Source of the DNA: an uncultured Chloroflexia bacterium
GTDB taxonomy: Bacteria; Chloroflexota; Chloroflexia; Thermomicrobiales; UBA6265
Reading direction: 5' to 3'
NCBI GenBank assembly: GCA_963724295.1
Contig: CAVRUC010000013.1
Location: 448,001 to 512,000, forward strand
Length of the DNA: 64,000 bases
The notes below the pieces were generated by a model, which saw only the letters and a list, made by a program, of their open reading frames with translations, made no database searches and was not told the DNA's origin. Every line of letters starts with the position of its first letter. The first letter of the stretch is position 1. A program made the position numbers and the translations under genes. Positions 29,280-38,336 of the stretch are shown here, one piece after another.

Positions 29280-31124
29280 GTGACCGAGACGCCGAAAGAC
29301 GCGACTGGCAAAGAAACCGTGCTCACCGGCTTCAGCGGTGATGGCGCGGTGGCCCTCGCCCAACCGACAACCGCGGAGACCGCCGCGAGGGGAAGCCTGC
29401 GGTGGCTCCCGGGCCTGAAGGTTCTGCAGGAGTATCGGCGCGAGTGGCTCAACCAGGACGTCTTCGCCGGACTCGTCCTGACGGCGGTCCTGGTTCCGGT
29501 CGGTATGGCCTACGCCGAGGCAGCGGGGCTGCCGCCGATCGCCGGTCTCTACGCCACGCTGGTCCCGCTGATCGCCTATGCCCTTTTCGGGCCGAGCCGC
29601 ATCCTCGTCCTCGGCCCGGATTCCTCGCTGGCGGGGATTATCGCGGCGGTGGTGTTGCCACTGGCCGCCGGAGATCCGGCACGGGCGCTCGCCCTCGCCG
29701 GGATGCTCTCGATCCTCACGGGTCTCATCTGCTTGCTGGCGGGCATCCTCAAACTCGGTTTTATTACAGACCTACTTTCGAAGCCGGTGCGCTACGGCTA
29801 TGTTAACGGCATCGCCCTGACCGTGATCCTCGGACAATTGCCGAAGTTGTTCGGGTTCTCCATTGATGCGACCGGCTTGATTCCCGAGGCCCAGGCCTTC
29901 ATCGCCGGAGTGCGCAACGGTCAAACGAACCAGACCGCGCTGCTGATCGGGGTCGCCTCCCTGGTGATCATCCTCGGGTGCAAACGTTGGTTGCCGCAGG
30001 TGCCAGGGGTGTTGGTCGCGGTCGTTGGCGCCACGGTTGCCGTCGGTGTCTTCGACCTGGCGGAGCGCGCCGGCCTGTCTGTCGTCGGCGTCCTGCCGCA
30101 GGGCTTGCCGCCCTTCGCGATTCCATCCGTTTCGGCGTCCGACGTCGGCGCCCTCGTGATTGGCGCGATCGGCATTGCGATCGTCGCCTTTGCCGATACG
30201 AGTGTGCTTTCGCGCACCTTTGCCCTCCGGGGTGGCTACGAGGTGGATCCTAATCAGGAACTGGTCGCACTGGGCGCGGCCAACATCGCCTCGGGTCTTT
30301 TCCAGGGGTTTGCAATCAGCAGCAGTTCGTCACGTACCCCGGTGGCGGCCGAGGCCGGCGCGAAGACGCAAGTCACGGGGTTAGTGGGGGCGGGCGCGAT
30401 CGTCGTGCTGCTCGTCGCCTTCCCCGGCCTGGTCAAGAATCTGCCCTCGGCCGCCCTTGCCGCGGTCGTAATCGCCGCGGCATTGAGCTTGATCGAGATT
30501 GTCGGCGTCCGCGGGCTTTTCGAACTCCGCCGGTCGGAGTTCGTGTTGTCGATGATCTGCTTCCTTGGCGTCGCGCTGGCTGGCGTCATCCCCGGGATCT
30601 TCATCGCCGTGAGCGTCGCGCTGCTCAGCTTCATCCAGCGGGCGTGGCGCCCGTACGACGCGGTGCTCGGGCGGATCGATGGCCTGGATGGCTACCACGA
30701 CGTGGCACGTCACCCCGATGCGCAACGCCTTCCCGGCCTGGTGCTCTTCCGCTGGGACGCGCCGCTTTTCTTCGCCAATGCGGGAATCTTCCAGGATCAT
30801 GTCAAGCACGCCATCCGGGAGTCACCCTACCCGGTGCGGTGGGTCGTCGTGACCGCCGAGCCGATCACCGACATCGATACGACCGCCGCCGACGCGGTCG
30901 GGGAACTGCTCGAGAACCTGGCCGGCGAAGGGATCCGGCTCTGCTTCGCGGAGATGAAGGGTCCGGTCAAGGATCAACTCAAGCGGTACGGGCTGTTCGA
31001 GGCAATTGGACCGGACTCCATCTTCCCGACGATTGAGTCAGCCGTTCGCGGCTACGTCGCGGAGACCCGGGTGGAGTGGGCTGAGCAGAACGATGCTCGT
31101 GGCGCGGTAGCAACCAGCCGATGA
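29280..31124 (+). CDS. sulP: SulP-family anion transporter with C-terminal STAS domain
   Basis: AGLVL..VLVPVGMAYA..AGLPP..GLYA, FGPSR, NQELVALG.AN, SSSRT and PLFFANA; STAS motif ITDIDTT. Confidence 0.93.
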   Translation: MTETPKDATGKETVLTGFSGDGAVALAQPTTAETAARGSLRWLPGLKVLQEYRREWLNQDVFAGLVLTAVLVPVGMAYAEAAGLPPIAGLYATLVPLIAYALFGPSRILVLGPDSSLAGIIAAVVLPLAAGDPARALALAGMLSILTGLICLLAGILKLGFITDLLSKPVRYGYVNGIALTVILGQLPKLFGFSIDATGLIPEAQAFIAGVRNGQTNQTALLIGVASLVIILGCKRWLPQVPGVLVAVVGATVAVGVFDLAERAGLSVVGVLPQGLPPFAIPSVSASDVGALVIGAIGIAIVAFADTSVLSRTFALRGGYEVDPNQELVALGAANIASGLFQGFAISSSSSRTPVAAEAGAKTQVTGLVGAGAIVVLLVAFPGLVKNLPSAALAAVVIAAALSLIEIVGVRGLFELRRSEFVLSMICFLGVALAGVIPGIFIAVSVALLSFIQRAWRPYDAVLGRIDGLDGYHDVARHPDAQRLPGLVLFRWDAPLFFANAGIFQDHVKHAIRESPYPVRWVVVTAEPITDIDTTAADAVGELLENLAGEGIRLCFAEMKGPVKDQLKRYGLFEAIGPDSIFPTIESAVRGYVAETRVEWAEQNDARGAVATSR

Positions 31125-31310
31125 CTCGTGTTGCCACATCACCGACACGGCCCATTTGGGTGCTCATCTTCTGATCCCAGGCACGCTGGGGGCGGACCTA
31201 CTCGGGCGGTGAGGTCAGCACTGCGAGTGGGAATGCGTTGCATCCCCGCCTTGAACACTGAGGTAATCCCCGGTGAGCCCACGCTCTTGCTGCCTGCGGA
31301 GGATGAGCCC

Positions 31311-31829
31311 TCAGCGATCGTCGTTGCCAGTCGTGGCCGCTCTCTGGGTCGCCTGATCGAGCCGCGCTTGGAACCCGGCGAGTTGGTCGGACGAGAGGTC
31401 TGCGCTGTGGACCGTCCCGCCGAATCGGGCTAGATCGGCGCCCGCCCTGGTGGTGTCGGCCCCTTCGTCGAAGAGCACGATGATCGCCGACCCGCCGGAC
31501 TCCAGATCCGCCTCGATGGAGGTCACGAACCGGGCGTCGAGGCCGGACTCGCGTTGCTTGGCCTTGCGGATGCCGATCAGGGCACCCGCGGCGAGCCCGA
31601 CAACCGGGACCGCGAAGAGCGCGCCGACCAGAAGCCCCAACCCGCCTCCCAGGGCCGCCTTCCCCGCCACTGGATGCCAGGGGTGCACCGCGAGCTCCCC
31701 GTTCTCGTTGCGAATCCAACACGCATCCTTGACGCGGATCTGGTGATCGAGATGGGACCAGTCCACCGACTCCATCGCCTGCTTGGCCTGGTTCGGGTCG
31801 GGATAGGTAATCGCCAGAAGCGTTGCCAT
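31311..31829 (-). CDS. DUF1269 family membrane protein
   Basis: MATLLAITYPD, Gly-zipper helices GLLVGALFAVPVVGLAAGA, GGSAIIVL and FGGTV. Confidence 0.82.
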   Translation of the reverse strand: MATLLAITYPDPNQAKQAMESVDWSHLDHQIRVKDACWIRNENGELAVHPWHPVAGKAALGGGLGLLVGALFAVPVVGLAAGALIGIRKAKQRESGLDARFVTSIEADLESGGSAIIVLFDEGADTTRAGADLARFGGTVHSADLSSDQLAGFQARLDQATQRAATTGNDDR

Positions 31830-32004
31830 CGGGAATCTCCTTCACGCGCGTGAGTGCACGAACGCAACCGAGAGCGTTTTGTCATCCTGGCTTTATACCA
31901 ATACGGCCGCACTTTTAGTCCGGTTTTCTCGGCTGTTTCACGGTTCGGGTCGGTGCCGATAGTGGGCGTTAGCTCTGTGTCGCCTTGCGTCGCAGAAGAG
32001 AACA

Positions 32005-32082
32005 GCCTGTTGAAAAACGGAGCAGGTAGGGGAACGATGCCCCTTTCCGATCGAAGGCACCATCGCCCCTTTTTCAACAGGC
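32005..32082. mobile_element. 78-bp MITE with IS1182-like terminal inverted repeats
   Basis: Perfect 13-bp TIR GCCTGTTGAAAAA / TTTTTCAACAGGC; 11/13 identical to the IS end at 16977-16989. Confidence 0.72.
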
Positions 32083-32172
32083 AGGGGCGTTACCGGACCC
32101 GGCTTCATACGTCACCCGCGCCGAACTTGCCCCTAGCCTGACATCTCTCGATCCGGCGTATGTTGCTCACCA

Positions 32173-32251
32173 CTCAGACAGTGACTCATCTGACGTGCAG
32201 GTGCTCCTGATCGCCTGCGCCGCGATGTCGGCTGTGGCGCTTCCAGCTGAG
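32173..32251 (+). ncRNA. Candidate structured small RNA, copy 2
   Basis: CTCAGACAGTGACTCATC...GATCGCCTGCGCCGCGATGTCGG...GCGCTTCCAGCTGAG. A TATGTT -10-like hexamer lies the same 8 nt upstream as in copy 1. Confidence 0.55.
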
Positions 32252-32283
32252 CGGATGGTTCCCTCGGCCGGGGTGCCTGAGTC

Positions 32284-32691
32284 TCAGAGGGAGAAGGTCA
32301 TGTCTCCGGCCGCACCGTGCAGCACCAGGGTCGTTCCCAGCAGGGTGTAGCCCGTCACGCCGTTGAGGGCGGCGAGGTACGGCTCCGAGAGCGACGGGGG
32401 CGGACAGTAGGCCGCTGTCGAGGTGGTCACCGCGATCGAAAGCGCACCGTCCCCCCCACTCCAGGTGCCTCCTGCTCGATTGCAGTCGGCCCCAATGTCA
32501 ACCGTGCCGTCCGGCAGGAACTGCACGGTGTAGAGCGGCGCGGCAATGGCGCCCACGCCGGGAAAATCGATCAACGTCCAGACGAACGACGGCATGCTGC
32601 CGACCGTCTGCGCCCGGGATCCCGCCACGGCACTGGGACCGCTCAGCAACAGCAGCGCCAGCACACCGGCCCAGAGGACACGTCTCGTCAC
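32284..32691 (-). CDS. Secreted META-domain (HslJ-like) protein
   Basis: Signal peptide; WTL, YTVQFLPDG...ADCNR..G and ST.AYCPP Cys pair. Confidence 0.85.
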   Translation of the reverse strand: MTRRVLWAGVLALLLLSGPSAVAGSRAQTVGSMPSFVWTLIDFPGVGAIAAPLYTVQFLPDGTVDIGADCNRAGGTWSGGDGALSIAVTTSTAAYCPPPSLSEPYLAALNGVTGYTLLGTTLVLHGAAGDMTFSL

Positions 32692-32980
32692 GGCCACTAC
32701 TCCTTCCCCGGTGCCACCGGGCCCTGTCATCATCCGCACGGCATCATGCCTGGGTCGGCAACAGGCGGCCGGCTCTGTTCGTTTCGCCGCCCCGTACCGC
32801 CGACCTCGCTGCCGCAACCTGGCAAACGGCGGCTGCCCCCAGCGGCTGGCCGACAGGGTGGGTTGGGCGATCGTCGCCGACAAGCTGGCCCACGCGGTCG
32901 CAGCAGCCTACCATGGCGGCAGGCCCGGTGCCTGCTCACGCACGGTCCAGCCGGGCGATCGTTTCGAGGGGAGTGGCCGC

Positions 32981-33493
32981 ATGACGCAGCGCGGCGGACG
33001 GGGGCGGCTCGGGTCGTGGGTCGCGCTGCTGGCGGCGCTCAGTGGAGCGGTGCTCATGATCGACGCCAGCCCGCGTGAGACGTGGGCGCAAGGCCGGGCC
33101 GATGTCGCCATCGTCGATGGCGCCTACCAGCCCGGGAGCATCAAGGTCCAGGCCGGGGACACCGTCACCTGGACGAACACCGGGACCACACCACATACGG
33201 TGACGGCCGATGACGGGTCCGTCGACTCCGGGTCACTCGTCCCCGGGGCCAGCTTCAGCCAGACCTTTCCGGTCGCGGCTCTTTTCACCTATCACTGCGC
33301 GATCCATCCTCGGATGATCGGCGCGATCACCATCACCGCGGCGCCGAACCAGGGCGGCAGCACCATCAACCGGGTGCCCGCTACTGGGGTCGGGATGGCG
33401 CCACGGCCGTCTTTGCCGCTGACGCTGATGGCGCTGCTCGTGGCGACAGGCTTAGGGAGCGGCGCCTTCCTGGAGCGTCGCCGGACGGGGTAG
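32981..33493 (+). CDS. Cupredoxin (plastocyanin/amicyanin-like) with a C-terminal sortase-type anchor
   Basis: GDTVTWTN..PHTV and YHCAIHPRM (type-1 Cu ligands H, C, H, M); VPATG followed by a TM helix and RRR. Confidence 0.88.
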   Translation: MTQRGGRGRLGSWVALLAALSGAVLMIDASPRETWAQGRADVAIVDGAYQPGSIKVQAGDTVTWTNTGTTPHTVTADDGSVDSGSLVPGASFSQTFPVAALFTYHCAIHPRMIGAITITAAPNQGGSTINRVPATGVGMAPRPSLPLTLMALLVATGLGSGAFLERRRTG

Positions 33494-33552
33494 TGTCCGC
33501 ATGGCTTGGCCACCATCCGTGTCGTTGTAGCTCGCGGTCCGTAGATAAGGAG

Positions 33553-34350
33553 ATGGTCGCCGTGGTCCTCCTGGCGCTTGCGTCCCTGCTCCTGCTCGTC
33601 CCGAGCGTGGTCGCAGGACCGGCCACGCCCACCGCAACGGCCTCAGGCATTCCCCCGGTGATCTGGGAGATCGTGAGTTTCAGCGAACCGGAGAGCGCAC
33701 CGGTGACGATCACCGATCCTTCGCGCTCCACCGTGCAGTTCTTGCCCGATGGGCGGCTCCGGGCCCGGTTCGACTGCAATCAGGGGAGCGGCGGCTACAC
33801 CGCGGTCGAAGGGGTTCTCACCCTGACGCCGCTGGTGGTCACCACGGCAATCTGCCCCCCAGACGCCGAGGACCCACGGGTGCAGACGATCCTGGAGAGC
33901 GCGACGTCGTATACCTTCGATCCCGATGGGTTGCTCCTCCTGTATGGCGACAACGGGAGCCTTCACCTGCGGCCGACGTTGACCGGTGTGCGGTGGACGT
34001 GGCAGACGTTCCAGGGCAGCGATGACACGATTGTGCGGCCGGATGACCCGAGTCAGTACACGGTCGAGTTCCTGCCGGACGGCACGCTGGCCATCCAGGC
34101 TGACTGTCCTCACGCCGTGGGGACCTACACCGTGGACACCTCGACGGTGGACCTGCGGATCGGCGAGAGTGCCGCCGCGATATGCCCGGCCGGAGCGCTC
34201 ATGGATCGCTTCCTGCGCGATCTCGACCAGGTCACGTCCCATGTCTTCCGCGACGGCAGGCTCTACCTGGCCCTGCCGATGGACGCTGGCATTCACGCAT
34301 TCGCTCCTACCCCCGTTGCCCCTCCGGCAGCGACGCCCGCCGCAGGATGA
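33553..34350 (+). CDS. Secreted protein with two META domains
   Basis: Two repeats of W...DPS..TV(Q/E)FLPDG...DC...G.Y...ICP. Confidence 0.85.
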   Translation: MVAVVLLALASLLLLVPSVVAGPATPTATASGIPPVIWEIVSFSEPESAPVTITDPSRSTVQFLPDGRLRARFDCNQGSGGYTAVEGVLTLTPLVVTTAICPPDAEDPRVQTILESATSYTFDPDGLLLLYGDNGSLHLRPTLTGVRWTWQTFQGSDDTIVRPDDPSQYTVEFLPDGTLAIQADCPHAVGTYTVDTSTVDLRIGESAAAICPAGALMDRFLRDLDQVTSHVFRDGRLYLALPMDAGIHAFAPTPVAPPAATPAAG

Positions 34351-34435
34351 CCGAAACAGCGATTCATGGCGGCAACGCGGCAGGCGCGGTCACGTCTGTC
34401 GCGAGGAGGCGCGGCTGTGATGAGCGCACGCGTGA

Positions 34436-35191
34436 TCAGGCTGTCGGGGTCGCCTCCAGGGTGCCTTCAGCCGGTTCGACCTCTATCGGCTCGGCAACGG
34501 TCAGGTGATACGTCACCTCCGTGGAAAAGCCAGAATCCGCAATACCCCCACCGAAACGGAGCTCGTGCTCACCCACTGACAGCGGCGCGAGAAGCAGCCA
34601 GTAGCCGTCCGCTACCCCTTGCGTGACGGTCGGCTCCACCCCCAGAATGTTGCCCGCCGGCAACGCCACCGCGAAGAGGTCCGATTGGACGCGGTAGCGG
34701 TCCAGATCCGGGATCGCCTCGCCGTCGACAACCGCTGTCAGTTCCACGGCAGTCGCGAACCACGCCTCGGTGCAGGCCCGCAACGCGGCCTCATCGCGCC
34801 CAAAGAAAGGCGGCGGCTCGACCGTGGTGCAGGAGGCGGAAAGGAGCGGAAGCAGAAGTGCCGTCCCCGCGGGCACGGTACACGTGCGCTCGACAGCTTC
34901 TTGATCACCCGCTTGCGCCAGGAAGAAGACCGGCCCAGTCTGTCCCAGGCCGCAGAGCGCGCCAGTCGGATCCGCGGCGGGATGGATGGCCGCCGGCAGG
35001 GAGTGCGTCCATTGCGCGTGGCGAGCGGTCCACGCTTCGTAGGTCAGTCCGTAGGCAGGCGCATCCGGCGGCAGGACTAACTCTCCCAGGTCGGCTCCGG
35101 TTACGGGCGTGGCCTCCTGCGCCTGGATGTCCGTTGGCCCACCGGTACCGACCAGCAAGACCAGCACGAACATGACGAGCACGCGTTTCAT
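34436..35191 (-). CDS. Secreted hypothetical protein (Cys-containing)
   Basis: Signal peptide MKRVLVMFVLVLL, RBS AAGGAGG; DPTGALC..GQTGPVFFLA, RTCTVPAG, ADGYW.LL.PL..GEH. Confidence 0.8.
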   Translation of the reverse strand: MKRVLVMFVLVLLVGTGGPTDIQAQEATPVTGADLGELVLPPDAPAYGLTYEAWTARHAQWTHSLPAAIHPAADPTGALCGLGQTGPVFFLAQAGDQEAVERTCTVPAGTALLLPLLSASCTTVEPPPFFGRDEAALRACTEAWFATAVELTAVVDGEAIPDLDRYRVQSDLFAVALPAGNILGVEPTVTQGVADGYWLLLAPLSVGEHELRFGGGIADSGFSTEVTYHLTVAEPIEVEPAEGTLEATPTA

Positions 35192-35492
35192 GGCTGATCC
35201 TCCTTCTCGACTTCGGGTCGCTCCCGACAGGTGCTCGGGATGGTCGGCGACCCGCGGGGCTGGGGCGATGCGGTCTCCGCGTTCATCATCCATGCTGACC
35301 CTCCTCGCACGCGTTGTAGGCCCCGGCCCTCCCGCTGTCCCTGGTTGCCGCCGATCACGAATCGGGGGAGCCCACGCTAGCAATCACCGGGTCCGAGGCG
35401 CATCGGCCCAAAGTCGTAATGCCCGCCTCGATGGGGATGCCGGCCACCCCGCAAGAGCGATTGGATCAGGGCTGAGCGAAGCAGGTGCGTAG

Positions 35493-35750
35493 AGGGAACT
35501 CCGGAACCTCAACCGGTCCCCGCTCTTCGGCGTCGCCGACGTGAACGCCTCGAAGGTCGACGTGGTTGCGCGACACTTGCGCGATGCCGTGCCAACCGAG
35601 CCATTCCCCGGTCGATACGACGAGTTCGTTGCGAAACACGGGCGCAAGCTTGGCGACGTCGACTTGATCCTGCCGCTCGTCAACGAGTTCGGCGTCCGCG
35701 CCGCAATCGGGCACATATTCCCGCCGATCCCGATCTACGGGACCACGGCC
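35493..35750 (+). pseudogene. Internal fragment of a ThiF/MoeB (E1-like) adenylyltransferase
   Basis: RNLNRSPLFGVADVNASKVDVVARHL matches the ThiF NLNR..LF...DV...K motif, followed by DLILPLVNEFGVRAAI...PP..IYGTT. No start and no GxGxxG segment. Confidence 0.6.
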
Positions 35751-35788
35751 GCAAGCGGGGTCGTCAATTACCACCGGCATGCGACTAC

Positions 35789-35870
35789 CTCAGACAGTGA
35801 CCCATTCGGCGCCTCAGTGCTCCACGGTCACCCGGCGCCTCGATGGCGGACCTTGCGCTTCCAGCCTGAG
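35789..35870 (+). ncRNA. Candidate structured small RNA, copy 3
   Basis: CTCAGACAGTGACCCATTCGGCGCC...GGCGCCTCGATGGCGGACCTTGCGCTTCCAGCCTGAG, followed by a GCCGG...CCGGC hairpin. Confidence 0.55.
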
Positions 35871-35913
35871 TGGACGGGTTCGTCGGCCGGGCGGCGGGTG
35901 CCCTCCGGCGCTG

Positions 35914-35945
35914 CATCCGGATGGCGCACCATCCGGATGGCGCAC
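35914..35945. repeat. Perfect 16-bp tandem duplication containing the palindrome CATCCGGATG
   Basis: CATCCGGATGGCGCAC x2. Confidence 0.85.
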
Positions 35946-36122
35946 CATGCGATCGTAGATTAAGCGGCATTCGCGACCTCTTGACACCTTCACAACACGG
36001 CTGTAGGGTGGGCGAGGGCCAAACACCAATCCATGTGGACGGGGTCGCGTTGGGCTCGGAGATCCTCTGAGGCGCGAGCGGGACAGAGAACCCCGGCTGC
36101 GTTCCGAGTGAGGGAGGACTCC

Positions 36123-38336
36123 GTGGACAACTCCAGCATTGATGCCGTCGCGCGTGCCGTTGCCGCTGGTGCTTCTCGTCGCCAGGTACTCCGTCTCCTT
36201 GCCATTGGCGCCGTGACCGCTTGGCTTCCTGGCCGCGCGGGTGCCGCCCCCGCGCGGCAACCCTGCGAGGCGGCGGGCCTGACCGACTGCGGCACCGGAT
36301 GCGTCGACCTGTGGAGCGACGCCTTCAACTGTGGTGGCTGTGGCATCGCCTGCCCCAGCGGTGTCTGTCAGGGCGGGACCTGCTCCTCGGTTCAGCTCGA
36401 TATCGGCTGCGTCTTACCCACCGTCGACTGCGGCGGCGGCGGATGCATCGACATCAGCAGCGACCCCTTCAACTGTGGCGGCTGTGGCATCTTCTGCGAG
36501 AGCGGCGTCTGTCAGCGCGGAACTTGCTCCTCGGTTCAGGTCGATATCGGCTGCGTCTTACCCACTGTCGACTGCGGTGGCGGCGGATGCGTCGACCTGT
36601 GGAGCGACGCCTTCAACTGTGGCGCGTGCGGCATCGCCTGCCCCAGTGGCGTCTGTGAGGGCGGGACCTGCTTCCCGATCCGCGTCGATATCGGCTGCGT
36701 CTTACCTACCGTCGACTGCGGTGGCGGATGCATCGACATCAGCAGTGACCCGAATAACTGTGGAGGCTGTGGCAATGTCTGCCCGGATGGCGTCTGTGCG
36801 AGGGGCGTCTGCCAGCAGATCAGTCTCGGCTGTGTCTCGCCCCTCGTCGAGTGCAGTGGTTTCTGCATCGACATCAGCAGCGATGCGAACCACTGCGGCG
36901 CCTGTGGCAACGTCTGCCCGGACGGTGTCTGTGAGGGCGGGATCTGTAGTGGGCCGCCGATCGCCTGTGTGCTGACCGAAACCAATTGCGGCGGGGTTTG
37001 TGTCAACCAGATGATCGACCCGGGCAACTGCGGCGCCTGCGGCAACGCCTGCGGAACCGATCAAGTCTGCGAAGGGGGTGTCTGCACCGCGCCGCCGATC
37101 GCCTGCGTGCTGACCGAGACCAACTGCGGTGGGGTCTGCGTCGACCTCTCTAATGACCCGAACAACTGCGGCGCCTGTGGCAATGCCTGTCCGGACGGTG
37201 TCTGTGAGGGCGGGATCTGTAGTGGGCCGCCGATCGCCTGTGTGCTGACCGAAACCAATTGCGGCGGGGTCTGCGTCGACCTCAGCAGCGACCCGAACAA
37301 CTGTGGTGGCTGTGGCACCGTCTGCCCGGACGGCGTCTGTGAGGGCGGGACCTGCTCCTTGGCCCAGGTCAGCCTCGGGTGCGTCGAACCCCTCGTTGAG
37401 TGCGGCGGTTTGTGTGCCGATCTCAGCAGCGACCCGAATCACTGCGGCGCGTGCGACAACGTCTGCCCGGATGGTGTCTGCACCAATGGCGTGTGTGCCG
37501 AGCTAACGCCGACCACGCCCGCCGCCGCTTTGCCTACGGCGACCCCCCCTACGAACGAAGTGGCCAATGGGGAGAACGGTGTGCCGACCGCCACGCCCGC
37601 CGCCGCTCCGCCTACGACCACACCCGCCACAGGAGGGCAGGGATCCGGGTCGAGCTCGTCCGACTCCACATCTGGGTCCTCCGAGCAGGTTGCTGCCACG
37701 AAGGCCACCGAGGCGGTGCTTGCCTGGCCGTTCGACCCGGCGGCGGGGCAGTGGACGATCGTCAACGGCTACCGTGGGGAGGGCGAGCACGCCGCACCCA
37801 CCAGCGGCAGTCAGAACGACGCGCTCTTCGCCTTCGACTTTGGTGTCTGCCGGGCAGAGAATGTCGACGTGGCGGACGGCACGTGCGAGCTTGGCCCGGC
37901 TGCGGAGAGCAGTACGGATGCTGCAGAACCCGGCTGGGATACCGCGGCGACCCAGGGGGTCGATATCCTCTCGCCCGTTGACGGCACGGTGGTCTGGACG
38001 GAAGAGGCGAACGCCCTCTGCCCAACTGTCGGGATTGCCATCACGGGCCACCCCGGCTACCGCGTGGCGCTGTTCAACGTCGAAGGGCGCCCGGAAGTTG
38101 GGCAGGCGGTGAAGCAGGGCCAGAAGATCGGCAAGGTGGCGAAGGAGGGCTGCGCGGAGGGCGATCGCCTCCACATGGCGCTCTACCAGCCGCAAGCGGG
38201 GGCTGCCGGCGATCCGGAGGAGGGGCGGAAAGGGGTGCCGTTCACGGGAGACTGGACCATCGCCGGCTGCGACTTCCCCGACGACCAGAAGACCGCCAAC
38301 CAGTACCGCGGGGTGCTCGTACCGTGCAGCCCCTGA
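36123..38336 (+). CDS. Tat-type exported protein: nine 8-Cys (Stig1/myxobacterial-like) repeats, P/T/S linker, degenerate M23-peptidase-like domain
   Basis: RBS GGAGG; SRRQVLRLL; repeat C-x5/6-CGxxCVDxxSDPxNCGxCGxxC-x3/4-CxxGxC x9; C-terminal WPF, FAFDF, ILSPVDGTV, GQAVKQGQKIG and RLHMALY. Confidence 0.85.
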   Translation: MDNSSIDAVARAVAAGASRRQVLRLLAIGAVTAWLPGRAGAAPARQPCEAAGLTDCGTGCVDLWSDAFNCGGCGIACPSGVCQGGTCSSVQLDIGCVLPTVDCGGGGCIDISSDPFNCGGCGIFCESGVCQRGTCSSVQVDIGCVLPTVDCGGGGCVDLWSDAFNCGACGIACPSGVCEGGTCFPIRVDIGCVLPTVDCGGGCIDISSDPNNCGGCGNVCPDGVCARGVCQQISLGCVSPLVECSGFCIDISSDANHCGACGNVCPDGVCEGGICSGPPIACVLTETNCGGVCVNQMIDPGNCGACGNACGTDQVCEGGVCTAPPIACVLTETNCGGVCVDLSNDPNNCGACGNACPDGVCEGGICSGPPIACVLTETNCGGVCVDLSSDPNNCGGCGTVCPDGVCEGGTCSLAQVSLGCVEPLVECGGLCADLSSDPNHCGACDNVCPDGVCTNGVCAELTPTTPAAALPTATPPTNEVANGENGVPTATPAAAPPTTTPATGGQGSGSSSSDSTSGSSEQVAATKATEAVLAWPFDPAAGQWTIVNGYRGEGEHAAPTSGSQNDALFAFDFGVCRAENVDVADGTCELGPAAESSTDAAEPGWDTAATQGVDILSPVDGTVVWTEEANALCPTVGIAITGHPGYRVALFNVEGRPEVGQAVKQGQKIGKVAKEGCAEGDRLHMALYQPQAGAAGDPEEGRKGVPFTGDWTIAGCDFPDDQKTANQYRGVLVPCSP

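Noticed and set aside
36280..37500. CRISPR-like or non-coding repeat array
   Set aside because: The repeats are in-frame coding units of a Cys-rich protein, with no unique spacers and no cas genes
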